This document shows positions 51,269 through 64,000 of a stretch of 64,000 bases of DNA, one piece after another. The notes beneath the pieces were generated by a model. It had not been told where the DNA came from, did not search any database, and saw nothing but the letters and a program-made list of their open reading frames with translations. Source of the stretch: Ginglymostoma cirratum (lineage: Eukaryota). The stretch's first letter is position 1. The number at the start of each line of letters is the position of its first letter. The stretch is taken from contig JAHRHZ010000029.1 in the NCBI GenBank assembly GCA_024137785.1, forward strand, positions 21,294,262-21,358,261, given 5' to 3'. A program made the translations under genes and the position numbers.

Positions 51269-53174
51269 GGAGTATACTGATTTGAGGTAACTGGCAAAAA
51301 AAAGACAAGTGGAAAAACATTGCAGAGAAATTCTGGGGTCTAGAATACTCTGCCTGAAAGACTCGTGGAAGCAGATTCAATGGTAATTTTCAAAAGGGAA
51401 TAGCATAAATACTCGAAAGGCAAAGATTTACATGGTTATAGATTAGTTACAGAAAAATGGCACTCTCTGAATAGCTTTGTTTCAAGGGCTGCGCAACCTG
51501 AATGGGACAAACAGCTGCTGCCTTTGCTGTGTCATTCTAGGATTGATCTAACACTTCTCTCAGGATTAATGTTAACAATTCCTTGAAAGAATATTTAGTA
51601 CAATTGGGTCTACTTCTGACAGACAAAAACTGAGTCCAATTCTCCTGGTAGCACAATTTGTGAAATGGTAGTCAAAGCAGAGGACTAAGACTCAACCAAA
51701 AGTTTCAGTAATTCATTGTAAGGTACAGCTCCATAATTTCCTAGCTGGACTACACGTGTGGATGAGGGGGATTGCAGCCATGGAGGCTAAATTATCAGCA
51801 TACTACCAAGACAATTGAAGACAGCCTTCTGAAACCTAAGGATTAAGAACATGGCCAAAACTGCTTATGTTCAGGACCACTAAATTAGTCCCTTCGTACT
51901 GCAAATAAAACTTCTGAGCTTCTTCAAAAACTCAAATCAACAGGAATTCACAACTGCAGACTGCAACCAGCTTCTGGGAGGCCAAAAGAAATGTTTAACC
52001 TTCCGTCAACCTTTGATTTTCTACAGCATCAAATTAAAAAGCAGTGCAACTTCATTGTTGTTTTAGAGAAATATGATTTCAGAACACTGAGGCCAGCTTT
52101 TACAAGTGCAGAACTGTTTACAATGCCGTGGGAATATTTGACACAAAACACTGTGGACAAGTTCAGGAATATTGGTCCTGAGTATAATTAAGTCTCAGTG
52201 TTTCCTGTACCACAATAGATTTCTCTACACATGTGGCTTTCATTTTATATATATGCTAGCATTCATCAAGAAAATAGTGAACTGAAATTTAGTTTTCTTT
52301 AGTTTGTTTCTTTCACTGAAGGACAGGATAAAAGAAACTGTTGCAATCCTAGATGATGTTAAAATAATATTAGAAATTGCTCTCAGAATGTCCAATACTG
52401 CAATAACATGTGACCACCATTCTCAACGTTTCTTCATGGTATGTTGGAGGAAAATTAATGATTTGAATTATTAATTTGAGTGCATTCATATGGATAGTAT
52501 TCCAGTCCAATGGGAGTATATTTTACTCTTACTCATACATTGAAATGCTGCAAAATTTTCCAAAACATGACAAAACCAAGGGGAGATTTATATGATCTAC
52601 AGCGTGTCATAAAAGCAACTTTTTAGAACATGGCAATGTTGTGATATAGCAGAGAGGGGAAATGATCATGACCGAGGTAAGATACAGTATTTAGCTCATT
52701 ATTGTTTGAATATTGTACTCATAAATACTGAAGCTGGGATGTGGAATACGTTTCCATTTCTAGTAACTATTTTCAATTCAGAATACAGCAAACTAAATTC
52801 CCGCACATATTTAAAATGTGTTAAAACTGAATCCTGGAGTACTTTTCAATCTTTCAAAGGCAAACATAGGATTCAGCTTTTTTTTAAAAATCTATAACAT
52901 TTCAATCTCTATTTTTTCATTGAAACAGTGCCTGCGTCAAGAATTCCCACTCCTGAGGTTCACGCTGGATCCAGGGGAGTGACAGCCAGCACGTGTTTGA
53001 AAGCACACAAGTTTCTATCAGGTTGAATGTAGACCCCATCAATGGGCTCCAGGCCAGGCAGATTGCCTCGTATCTCAATCTGATGAAATTAGAAAGAAAA
53101 ATTGCAATACAAACTTTTCGCTGAAGAGGGTGTTACAGCCAAGGTCAGGAACTAGGGGTCTCTCACAGAGACTT

Positions 53175-54920
53175 AACAGTCTTAACAGAGCAGAATGAGG
53201 CCATTCAGCCCAAAATGTCTGCGCTGATCAACAAACATCTCATATTACAGTTTTTCGCGACAGCCATGCAAGCTGTGGCCGCACAAGTAAGTATCCGAGT
53301 ACTGCTTAACTGTCATGAGAGTTTCTGATTCAACCACTCTTTCAGGTTGTGAGTTCCAGATTCTTCACCACACTCTCAGAGTGAAAATGACTCTTTTCAA
53401 AATTTCTGCTAGCCGTCTACCTTTTACTTTAAGTCTGTGCTCTCTGGTTATCGATCCTTCTACCAATAGAAAAAGTGCCTTCCCAACCACCCTATCTATG
53501 TCCCTCATAATTGTAAGCACCCCAGTCAGATCCCTTCTCAACCTTTGTTGCTGTAAGGAAAATAACCCAGCCTATCCAAATCTTTTCTTATTACTCAGAC
53601 CTTCCAGTCGTTCTGGATCTTTTCCAGTGTAATCACATCCTTCCTGTAACATGGACAAGACCAAACTCCCTCAAAATATCTTCAGCAGATGGTCTATATC
53701 CTAACTTCTACTTATTTTAAAGGTAAATGTAAGGCATTGTGTTCCAGATGCAATTCAATTGGTCAAACTACTCGACATTAAGCAAAACACACTTTACTTT
53801 AACACTACAGTTAAAGCACAGACAAAATAAAAAGAAAAAGAAAGAACCGGCTTAACTGTAACTCTGTCGAAATGCTTAACAAAATAACATATATATTGAC
53901 TACTACTAATTAAGTGTTCCAGTACAGTAACATCCTATAAACATTCCATTGGCAAAGGCAAATACAGTAAAATGGATTTGTCTCACAAGCAATTCTAGCA
54001 ACAGGAAGAGAACCCCAGCTTTGAGCTATGACAGAGAGAAGAATAAGAGTTTCCACATTCAGTTTCAAAACCCCAGCTACTACAGAAAGCTAAAATTAAA
54101 AATCTTAGTTCATTGGGAGCTTGAGCCCAACCATTCTGGCTGCTTCTATTGTTCTAACTTTAGCCTCACAAGCTGTTTATGCTATGGCTTTGAGCAGACT
54201 GCTTGGCGCCTCTGTCTCGACCTTCCTTCATTAAAAAAGGACCTCTTAAAGCCATAGTATTGTTACAAATGTGGTGACTAGAACTGCACACAGTACTCCA
54301 GTTGTGGTCTAACCAGCATTTTATAGAGTTCCAGCATAATGTCCTTAAATGCAAGTATCTCATATTTCTTCTTAGCCACATTATTGATCTGCCTGTTACC
54401 TTCAGGGATCTGATGATATGCATACATAGGTCCTCCTGATCTTCAGTACTTTCCAGGGTCCTATCCTTTATGTTGGAAACTCTTGTCTTGTTAGCTGTCT
54501 CCAAGTAATTACTTCTTTCTTTTCCAGGTTAAATTCCATTGCATGTCTTCTCCCCCTAGCGTTCATTGATTGCCTTATGCAGTTTACAGCTATTCTCCTC
54601 ACAATTTACCAGCTGACCAATAGTCATGTCATCCAGGAGCTTCTCAAACATACCACCTACATTTAAGTTCAAATCGTTAATGTATACCACAAAAAGCTAG
54701 GGCCCCAGCACTGAGGCTTCATAACTGGAAAAAGACTTCCAGTCACAGAAACGTCCCTCTGCTATTATCCTCTGCTTCCTGCCTCTTACTTTCTTCAGCA
54801 GACTGCCATGAGGAAATTTGTCAAAAGCTTTGCTCAAGTCAATGTCAACCGCAACAAATGCATTACCCTCAGAAACATTCCTCAAACCAGTTGACTAAAT
54901 TTGTCAAAAATGACCTCTTA
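53175..54920 (-). mobile_element. CR1 LINE RT/3' fragment split by an LTR-like insertion
   Basis: RT motif VDIDLSKAFDKFPHGSLLKKV...SVLGP at ~54700-54860; 3' end at ~53175-53644. Confidence 0.85.
53645..54267. mobile_element. Probable solo LTR (623 bp)
   Basis: Inverted termini TGTAACA...TGTTACA; cleanly interrupts the CR1 sequence ACATCCTTCC|AATGTGGTGACTAGAACTGCAC. Confidence 0.65.
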
Positions 54921-55150
54921 ATAATTTATGGTCTCCACAGATGTCAGGCACTGGGGACTTTATAACAAAAGTTCCGACCAAAGTGTTGCCTGTGCTTGTT
55001 TGACCCTGCAACATGGCAGAAGCAGTCCAGGAGGGCAACATTAGGTGCAATCCCAGCATTGGAAACATTATCTCAGTTATTCATTTACCATAAAGTTAGT
55101 GGCCGTAGCATATCTGTCTTAAGACCTCCATCAGATGTCCTTTAAGTCTT

Positions 55151-55267
55151 GTACAGAAACAGAAGTTGCTGGAAAAGCTCAGCAAGTCTGGCAGCATCTG
55201 TGAAGAAAATATCAGAGTTAACGTTTCAGGTCCAGTGACCTTTCCTCAAAACCTGTCTGTTTTCACT
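55151..55267 (-). mobile_element. Penelope-like terminal repeat with 15-bp TSD
   Basis: Reverse complement (T)TGAGGA-A-AGGTC-ACTG-GACCT-GAAA-CG-TT; TSD TGTCCTTTAAGTCTT (55136-55150, 55268-55282). Another degenerate plus copy lies at ~55454-55583. Confidence 0.8.
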
Positions 55268-56251
55268 TGTCCTTTAAGTCTTTCCTTTCTTAAAGGGAAG
55301 ACCTAAACTTTTCAACCTTTCCTGATTGCTGTAATCTCTTCAGTTCTTGAGCCACTCTTGTGAATATTTTATGCACTTTCTCTTGTACTTCTATGACATT
55401 TTTAACATATGGAGATTTGATTCGGTTTCCTACATTTAGGATTTCCTTGAGTCCTGATGAAAGGTCATCTGTCTGAATTGTTAACCCTATTTCTTTACAT
55501 GGCTGCTGCTTGATCTGCTGGTCATTTGCAGCTAGCTTTTGTTCTCGTTTTAAGTTTCCAGCATCTGCCATTTTGCGCTTTTGTACGAAGATTTTTTCTC
55601 TCTTTTTACTCATAGTTGACTAATGAATTTGTACTGTGGCAAGAAATAACATAAGGGTCAAAGTTGTTCATTTGCGGGTGTTTTGGGTTTAATATGTCTG
55701 AAAACAATTTAGCCAATTGCGCTGTTCAGCTTTTCCTAAAAAATGCGCAAGAATTGATTCGTAAGTTCTCGTGCACGCACAAATAAATATTTCAGCAATA
55801 GAAAATACCAGAGACACACTATTCACAACTTTTTGTGCTATGTTGTGAATTCACCTATTGTTTATCCAACATTAAATAGGCTTTGTCAGCTTAAAGAGAC
55901 ACACATCTATGCTTTAGCAGCAGGAAAACAGATGGAGGATGTTTATAAACACCTGAGACAAGCTAATGAAATTCTCATTTGAAAAGGTTTGATACCAATT
56001 TGGGGAAATGGAAACTTCACAGCAATGCTAGGAAGTCTACCTATGTATCCAGGTCATAGCTGAATTTTAAGCCCTTCATTAAATGGCTGCGGATTTTGTA
56101 CAGCTTAGGTTTTTACAAAACACCACATCACCAAATCACAGAATTGTTACGATGCAAGAGGCTTGTTTGGCCCATTATGAATGCACCAGATTACTGAATG
56201 ATCCTTGTGACTCAGTGCCATTCTCCCGCTTTTTCCCCATAACCCTAAACA

Positions 56252-57033
56252 GTGCTACACCTGCCCCCACACCTCCTCCCTCACCCCAATCCCAGGCCCC
56301 AAGAAGACTTTCCACATCAGGCAGATGTTCACCTGCACATCTGCCAATGTGGTATACTGCATCCACTGTACCCATTGTGGCTTCCTCTACATCGGGGAAA
56401 CCAAGCGGAGGCTTGGGGACCGCTTTGCAGAACACCTGCGCTCAGTTCGCAACAAACAACTGCACCTCCCAGTCGCGAACCATTTCAACTCCCCCTCCCA
56501 TTCTTCAGATGACATGTCCATCCTGGGCCTCCTGCAATGCCAGTGATGCCACCCAAAGGCTGCAGGAACAGCAAATCATATTCAGCCTGGGAACCCTGCA
56601 GCCCAATGGCATCAATGTGGATTTCACAAGCTTCAAAATCTCCCCTCCCCCAACCGCATCCCAAAACCAGCCCAGCTCATCTCCTCCTCCCTAAACTGTT
56701 TTTCCTCCCACCTCAAGCCCCACCACCATCTCCTATCTACTAACATCATCCCGCGCCCTTGTCCGTCCTCCCTGGACTGACCTATCTCCTCCCTACCCCC
56801 CTACCTACACTCACCTTTACTGGCTCCATCCCCGCCTCTTCGACTTGTCTGCCTCCTCTCCACCTATCCTCTCCTCTATCTATCCTCTATCCACCTCCCC
56901 CTCTCTCCCTATTTATTTCAGAACCCTCTTCCCCTCCCCCATTTCTGATGAAGGGTTTAGGCCCGAAACGTCAAGTTTTCCTGCTCCTATGATGCTGCTT
57001 GACCTGCTGTGTTCATCCAGCCCCATGCTTGTT
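56252..57033 (+). mobile_element. 5'-truncated Penelope-like element (Neptune-like), GIY-YIG endonuclease remnant plus terminal repeat
   Basis: FTCTSANVVYCIHCTHCGFLYIGETKRRLGDRFAEHLRS...PVANHFNSPSH, frameshift near 56540, then RLQEQQIIFSLGTLQPNGINVDF. Pyrimidine-rich 3' region. TSD ACCCTAAACA (56242-56251, 57034-57043). Confidence 0.92.
56941..56976 (+). ncRNA. Minimal type I hammerhead ribozyme motif
   Basis: AUUU-CUGAUGA-A-GGG-UUUAGG-CCC-GAAA-CG-UC^AAGU: full catalytic core, 3-bp stem II, 4-bp stem I, palindromic ACGU in place of stem III. Confidence 0.75.
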
Positions 57034-57805
57034 ACCCTAAACACTGTCGCTGTTTAAATAATCATCTAATGTTATCTTCATTGTCTTGATTAAAATTTGC
57101 TTCATCACACTTCCAGGCAGTGCATTCCAAACTTGAACCATTCACAGCATGAACAAGTATTTTGTCACATCACTTTCACTTCTTCCAAAAACTACCTTAT
57201 GTCTGTGCACTTTTGTTCTCAATCCGTTTATGAGCGGAATCAGTTTCTTCTCCATCTATTCTGTTTAAACGCCTTATTATTTTGAAAACGTCAACTTCTC
57301 TTAGCCTTTTCTGCTCGAAGCAACCTTTCCAATCTATCTTCATAACTAAAGTTTCTCAACCTTCAAACCATTCTTGCAATTCCCTTGAGCACTCTATCCA
57401 GGCATTCATCCTTCCTAAACTGTGGTGCTCAGGATTGGATACAATACACCAGCTGAGGTCTAACTCATGTAATATAAAATTCAGCATAACCTCCTTGCTT
57501 TTGTAGTCTTATACATTAATTAATAAAACCTATGATACTGTATGCTTTATTGACTGTTCTCTGCCTGTCCTTCCAGCTTTAATGCTTTATGCACATTCTT
57601 TTCCCACATCTTTCTGATTCTGTATCCCTTTAGGGTACTGCCCTTTGTTTTATGCTGTATTTTCACGTCCTTTCAACTAAAACATATCACTTCACACTTC
57701 TCTGCATTGAATTTCATCTGCCACCTACCTGCATACTCTTTTTTGAAGTTGGTACACTGCCTTCCTCACATTTTACATTATCTAACTTCCCATAAACAAT
57801 GCTAC

Positions 57806-58018
57806 GGAAGAGATTAGCTCAGTTGGCTGTATAACTGATTTATGATGCAGAGTGATGCCAACAGTGTGGGTTCAATCCTATACCAGCTGAGTTTACCATG
57901 TAGGACGGCTCGACCTCACCCCTCACCTGAGGCCTAGTGACCCTCAGGTTAAACGACTGGTTATCGCTCTCTGATGACAGGATAGCTCTGAGAGACTATG
58001 GAGCCTTTACTCTTACCT
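57806..58018 (+). mobile_element. tRNA-derived SINE
   Basis: A box TAGCTCAGTTGG, B box GGTTCAATCC, body GTGACCCTCAGGTTAAAC, tail GACTATGGAGCCTTTACTCTTACCT. Confidence 0.7.
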
Positions 58019-58261
58019 AAAAAATGTGCTCTAACATCACACCTCCCTGTAAATCCTCACTATCATGTGTAAAATTAATTTACGCCATTTCAGTAAAATG
58101 ATACAGAATTCACAAGTTTAAAATCTGTCAAAATGCACATTCATTAAAAATAAGATGGGGAATTGATGAAACTGCTCAAAATTTTCCTCAATGTAATTGC
58201 TTGTTATGTCAATGCCCTGAGACAGTGGTGAATGCTAACTCTCTGACACTTCCTTCAGTTT

Positions 58262-58600
58262 CAGAGACACAGTGGCTTTGTGGTTATAACACTGGACTAG
58301 TAATCCAGTGGCTCACGTTGACGCTCTGGGGACAAAGGTTACATTCCCACCATAGCGGCTATTCAAATTTAAATTCAATTCATAAAATCTGGAACATAAT
58401 GGTAGTCTCAGTAATTTGGTTGTTGTAAAAACCCATCTGGTTTACTAATGTCCTTTAAGGGAATTAATCTGCCATCCTTACCTGGTCTGGCGTACATCTG
58501 ATAAACTAATTCTTATCTGCCTCTGAAATGACCTTGAAAGCTGTTCAGTTCAAGAACAACTGGGGACTGGAAACAAGTACTGGCCTGAACAGCATGTCTT
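58262..58600 (+). mobile_element. tRNA-derived SINE (49168/60655 family)
   Basis: CACTGGACTAGTAATCCAG...TTGTTGTAAAAACCCATCTGGTTTACTAATGTCCTTTAAGGG...CCTTACCTGGTCTGG. Confidence 0.7.
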
Positions 58601-60654
58601 TTGATTAAACACTGAAATAAGTAATGTAGCATAACCACACAAGTGAATATCAAACCATCATTTCTCAGTCATTCGTCTCTTGAGATCTCCCATAGCCACC
58701 AAGCTCAGAGCTCCCAACTCAGTACAATTCAATGCCTCTGTACCTAATTAAAACCTATTGCATATATTTTCCAGTAGAGATGAAAGATAAATTTATTTTG
58801 TTTCTCTCTCTGCTGATTCTTCCTGACCAGCTGAGAATTTCCCGCATTTTCTGTTTTAAAAAAAATTGCTAAATACAATAGTCTAATTCTGTCAGAAGTT
58901 AGGATTACCCTTGCTGGTATTACCACACAATTACAAACCATAGAAACCTCACTAGTTCTGACACATCCTCAGACATGGCAGTGCTTCATAGTCCAGTACT
59001 GTCTCCATGCCTCTGACTCCTGTAAACATTCTATCTAATTGCTTCCAGATTTTGGCACATCCTCACCATGTTTCTTGACCCCAAAGCACCCACTCAGGGC
59101 TACTAAACTTGAGCAGTTCTAATGTCAGTACTTATTGATACCCAGGATTCTCCCAGACCATGACAGCTCTCTGCAGTAACCCCAACCCCCAGAGTGACAG
59201 ATCCCATATCCTCCTCCTGTCCCGGTTTTTAAGGGAAATAAACGATGAGTTTATAGACCCTTCACTCGCAATCATCTACAGCTCTCTTGATTCAGGACTT
59301 TACATTGGAAGATTTTAAATGTTGTTCCATTACTTTAAAGACGAGAGAGGGGGGACAAAAATCAAGAAATTTAGATCAATTGATTTAACATCTCTTGTGG
59401 GAAGTGATTGGAATCTATAATTAAAGACAAAGTCACTGAGTACTTGATGGTATTTGAGCTGAAGAGTGATAGCAATACAGATTTGTACAGGTTAAATCAT
59501 ATCTAACAAATCTAATTAAGATTTTTAAGGACACAACTAAATTAACAGACAGGAAAATGGGTATAGATACAGTTTATATGCAAGGGGCTTTGTGGTGCAT
59601 TGATAGTGTCTCTACCTCTAAGCCAGTAGGCTTGGGTTCAAGTCCCACTTGCTCCAGAGATGTATACTAACATCTGAAACCCATATGGCTTTGAACACCC
59701 CTTAACCATCTCTATCTCTGCTCTGAGGAGAACAATCTCAGATTCCCTAGTCACTCCACATAACTGAAATTCCACATTCCTTGTTACCATTCTACCAAAT
59801 CTGTTCAATCTTGTAATTTTTCAAATTCTGTTCCATGGAAAAAATGCCAAAACATTAGAACCATGATTAATTAGAACTATGATTAGATATATTATTAGTG
59901 GTATTCTTGAGCTATCCTGTGAAATTTGATCAACTACACACTCGATAGGTTCAGTGGAACCTTTCTGGCTGACATTTGGCTTGGGTTCCACTCGCGGGCA
60001 CAGTTAGTAAAGGCTCCAGAATGCCAGAAACAACCTGGAGGGGATTGATTGTCTTCCCAGACAATACAGTGGTTCCATTGTAAGCTGCAAGTCTGAATCT
60101 GCTCTACTGCCTTGAGCCCCATCTGTGCTGTGTTAGCATGGCAAGAAGTCACTCTGATATTTTAGGTCTCAGATGGAGTAGCTGCTGCTGATACATTTTT
60201 GCCTGCTCCAACCATGGGAACAATCCTGTTATTTCCACTACGCTTGGATTCCACAATTACATAAGTGCTGGCAGAACAACTTAACTGGAATTTCACCCAC
60301 AAATTCTTCATGCAGTTTTCAGATCAATCTACAGAACAGTGATAGATTTTTCTGCTACTGATATGAATCCTTCTGTGAATAATGGCTGAAAAAAACCCCA
60401 GTTTTTTGAGTGTGGCAAACAATCTTTTGTCCCTGAACCAAATTTTGATTTAGAAAAATATTTTCCCTCCAGCCCTTTATACAAATGTGATTTAAAATAT
60501 GACAATATTCCATCTGCTCCTGCTTGTCCATTCACGATCAACCCTGTATTTTAAAGATGTCCGTTTCAGTTATTGCATTTTGTGCCTAATTAGTCTTCAG
60601 AAAAACCTTTCAGAATACACAAATTTTTGAACTGCTATAGTATGTCTCCAAGTA

Positions 60655-61395
60655 GGGAAGGTGGTTGCAAAGTGGTAATCTCACTGGACTAATAATCCAG
60701 AACCCAGTCCAATATCTTGCGGACAGGGGTTCAAATTCCATCATGGTAAGTGGCAAAATCCTTTATTCATTCACAGGATGAGGGCATTGCTGGCTAGGCA
60801 GCATTTACTGCCCATCCCTAATTGCCTGGAGGGCAGTTAAGAGTCAACCACATTGCTGGTCTACATCATCGGTCTAGAGTCATGTGTAGGTCAGACCAGG
60901 TAGGGATGGCAGTTTCCTTCCCTAAAGGACATTAGTAAACTAGATGGGTCTTTCCAGCAATCAACAATGGATTCATGGTCATCATTAGACTCTTAATTCA
61001 AGATACTTATTGAGTTCAAATTCCACCATCCGCCTTGGCAAAATTCGAGCCCGGGTTCACAGAACATTATCTGGGTCTCTGGATTAACAGTCCAGCGGTA
61101 ATACCAATACCAGTAGGCCAATTTAGAATAAGAAAAATTTGGAGCCATTAGCTAGCTAATGGCAACCATGTCGATTGTTGTAAAAACCCATCTGGTTCAC
61201 AAATATCTTTTATAGAAGGAGATTTTCTGTCTTGTCTTTACCTAGTCTGGCTTATGTGACTCCAGACCCATAGTAATGTGGTTGGTTCTTAACGGCCCTC
61301 TGAAATGGCCTAGCAAACCATTCAGTTCAAGGGCAACTAAGGATAAGCAACAAATGCTGGTCTTGTCAGAGGTGCCCATACATGAATAAAAAGAA
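60655..61395. mobile_element. SINE (plus) with a nested inverted copy of the same family (minus, ~60762-61105)
   Basis: Plus head at 60655-60760 resumes at ~61120-61395. The internal minus copy starts TTTATTCATTCACAGGATGAGGGCATTGCTGGCTAGG. Confidence 0.75.
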
Positions 61396-62179
61396 AATCT
61401 ATCCTCTGTCCTCTCCTGAAGGCATTGCATTAAGTTGGGCTCTGGCTCCAGTTGCTGGTCTTCTGTACTAGGCAAATGGGTGAGGCTTGACAATAAGTTT
61501 CAGCTATCTCACTCACACCACTGCTGAGCTTTATCCTGCCCACACGTGGACTTTTCATCATGGTGTAGTGGAGACAGCAACCAGGTGAACAAATAATAGT
61601 TGACTGTTTCCTGCTACTCCTGGAGTGCCATATTGATTGCAGTGCTCCTATTCTCTCTTCAGCTGAGATCAGCTAACTCTGCACATTCGAGGGATATTGC
61701 TAATTTCTACAGAGATGATAATAATTTTGCCACCATCAGAGACAGGCCAAAGGTCAAGTTAAAAAAGTCGTGGTGAATGTATAGTCATATTCCTGCACTG
61801 GTGCCATATTTACTGAGGTCTGAATTTAGAGGAGATGTAATAGAAGTGTCCAATACCATGAACAGTTTTGACAGAGTAATTAATTATTTGCAGTAGTGGC
61901 GATAAGGGTTGGTGACCATTGGACACAGATGCAGAAGTACCAAAGATGACATAAGGAAACTTTCTTTTCTGCACACAGATTGTTACTGTACGGAATATAT
62001 TGCTTGATAAAAGGGTGGTGGAAGGAGATTAACGAATAACATTCAAAGAGAATTTAATCAATACTTGAAGGGAAAAGATAGGAATTAATTGGGTAACTTT
62101 ACGAAGAGATGCCCGGGCCTTTCACAGTAACAAAAAAGCATCAACTTAAGCATGCTAGAATGCTGTAATTTCATCAGAA

Positions 62180-62626
62180 TACATTTCATGCTGAGCCAAT
62201 GGCATTGGTGTGGCTTGGACATGTTTATCAGATGAATGACAGTTGTAAACCAAAAGACCTTCTATATGGTGAATGCCACTGAGTCACCATCTTCTGAGTG
62301 CCCATACCTCCACTAAAAGGTAATCTACAACTGAAGTATGATGACAGTAGATATTGAAGCAAATAGGAGATAGTCACCAGCCAGTGTGACCATTTGAAGA
62401 CACATTGGAAGAGTTGAGCAGACACAGGACGCTCATCTGGAGGAGAAGCAGGCCCAGAAAACAGAGGCCAGAGAATCCTGCACTAATCCAGCCCCCTGCC
62501 TTTCTCTGCAGCAAATGGGACAGAGATTGCCATGCCAAAGTGAAGCTCCTGATCTGTGGCAGGTGGCATGACAGAGAGTTGACAACCATGATGCAATCAA
62601 TTATCTCTCTGGAAGGCTGCCAATAT
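62180..62626 (+). mobile_element. RTE-clade LINE 3' end
   Basis: WLGHVYQMNDSCKPKDLLYGE motif and degenerate C-terminal Cys/His motif FLCSKWDRDCHAKV. Confidence 0.8.
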
Positions 62627-63861
62627 ACAATGTACCAAGTTTCACAGGGATGTTCAGCTAACTGACTTTCTACCATGCTGCATCAATCTATGGTCTAGTA
62701 CCGGATAGCTAAGACACCTGTCTGAATCAGGCAGAAATCCCACTATTGTTGGTAGATAGAGATCTTATGATGTTGTTCCGACCTCAATGCAATTTTAAAG
62801 GCAAAATGGAAGAAGAACCAACAAGTACTTTCCAGTCCATAAACTTCATCATTAATGGCAAAGAGGAGTGGCTCTAAAGAAGACAAGTGAAACTGATTTT
62901 TATTTGGCGCCTGCAGAATAATGTTTTCCACTACTGCTCATGGAATTGTGCTTCATGGAGAGATCCCATTCCCCTCTCCAGCCAATCTAAGTTCTTGTCT
63001 GCTGGGTCAATCTCCAGTTAAATTGACAGAGCCCTGGCCTGGAGTGTGTGTGTGCTGCAGCAGAATATGTATTCAGCACAAAATTTCACCAGTAGTGTGG
63101 GGATCAGGCCAAACTTTTGAAAAATACACCAGATCTCCTGCAAGCATCACGGTACCAAATACTCCACTCATGTCTTATTAGCATTATAGGCAACATATTT
63201 ACCTATCTAACCACTTGAAAAATTTGTTATAGATCTTCTTAATGCTGCAATACTAATTCACAAAAAGACCAGGGGGTACTTCTGCTCCTGGAGGTGGCAA
63301 GCATGAAGGAGGCAAGGCCCAAACTGTGTCATCTTCCCACCTCCACCAGAATTAAGTTTTGCACAGGAAAGCCCATGGCCAATCTTCCCACAGGCAACCA
63401 ACTGAGGCCCTAAAATAGCCAATGAAAGATTAAGCCAGCAGGCAGGCCTATCACCATGCTGCAGTCCCTGTAGCTGCTACCCTATGGACAGATTGCAGGG
63501 GGTGAGGGGGTGGGTGTCACCTTGGTCAAAGGCAATTTGTGCCTCATTGAGGGACTGACTATTGAGCTGGAGGTTGCGCACTGGGAACAACTCCCTTGAT
63601 TTTGCTTCCAGAACCATTTTCTACGCCTACCCCTATTCCCCCCACCAACCTCAAGCCCCTTCTCCTCAAGACACTCAAATCAAGAACTCATCCCACACAT
63701 TATCTTTGACATGGGTCTTCTGCAATCCTGGAATTCAGGGGGTGATCTCCTGCCAACAACTACAGCTAGCTAACATGGCACTGCTAAGCGCAAGAGTTGC
63801 TGGTCTCTGATTGGTCAGCAGATCTCGCTGGATTGGACATCCAGCGGAAGACTGATTGGTG

Positions 63862-64000
63862 GTTGTACCACTGCAGTAGGAAGGATATTATTAAATTGGA
63901 GAGGGCGCAGCAAAGATTTACCAGGATGTTGCTGAGACTGCAGGGTTTGAGTTATAAGGATAGGCTGGGACATTTTTTTCACAGGAGCATAGGGCGTTAA
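63862..64000 (+). mobile_element. CR1 LINE fragment (runs off the window)
   Basis: RKDIIKLERAQQRFTRMLLRLQGLSYKDRLG. Confidence 0.85.

Larger units (their letters stand above)
56130..57790 (-). mobile_element. Old CR1 LINE 3' portion (host of the Penelope insertion)
   Basis: CR1 tail at 56130-56250 continues at 57035-57790 (CATCCTTCCTAAACTGTGGTGCTCAGGATTGGATACAATAC). Confidence 0.75.
26635..64000 (-). other. GMDS: Large GMDS intron (continues beyond the window)
   Basis: No match seen to the preceding exon (WEGKNENEVG...YYRPTEV type). The equivalent human intron is also very large. Confidence 0.75.

Noticed and set aside
56083-56694. 203-aa ORF as a host gene
   Set aside because: A chimera of CR1 tail and off-frame Penelope sequence; only the last part is in the endonuclease frame.
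57806-57890. tRNA genes at A/B-box sequences (also ~650-719, 28590, 48620, 59585)
   Set aside because: No cloverleaf; they continue into SINE bodies.
63270-63860. GC-richer patches (also ~41500-41900 and 46430-47030) as exons or regulatory islands
   Set aside because: They look like decayed interspersed repeats; no termini, splice signals or family could be defined.

Overview
This is vertebrate genomic DNA, almost certainly from an elasmobranch (shark or ray), inferred from HE1/V-SINE, DeuSINE, HER1/CR1 and Penelope repeat content. It contains the complete single-exon FOXC1 gene (+, 10424-11830, 468 aa). Tail-to-tail with it are the last two coding exons of GMDS (-, 26566-26634 and 26062-26124), which the ORF track misses. 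The rest of the window (26635-64000) is a large GMDS intron. About 1.9-27.7 kb is CpG-retaining and transposon-poor, consistent with a methylation valley; beyond that it is CpG-poor, repeat-rich DNA with candidate enhancer blocks. The most notable extras are: (1) a degenerate ~41-bp tandem array ~2 kb upstream of FOXC1 whose best-conserved part is the palindromic TAATCGATTA (PAX3/7-type) site; (2) about a dozen short Penelope-like terminal-repeat copies carrying minimal hammerhead-ribozyme cores, plus one longer copy with a GIY-YIG endonuclease remnant; (3) a promoter-like module ~6 kb upstream of FOXC1, near where human FOXCUT lies. All calls were made by eye; repeat boundaries are approximate.
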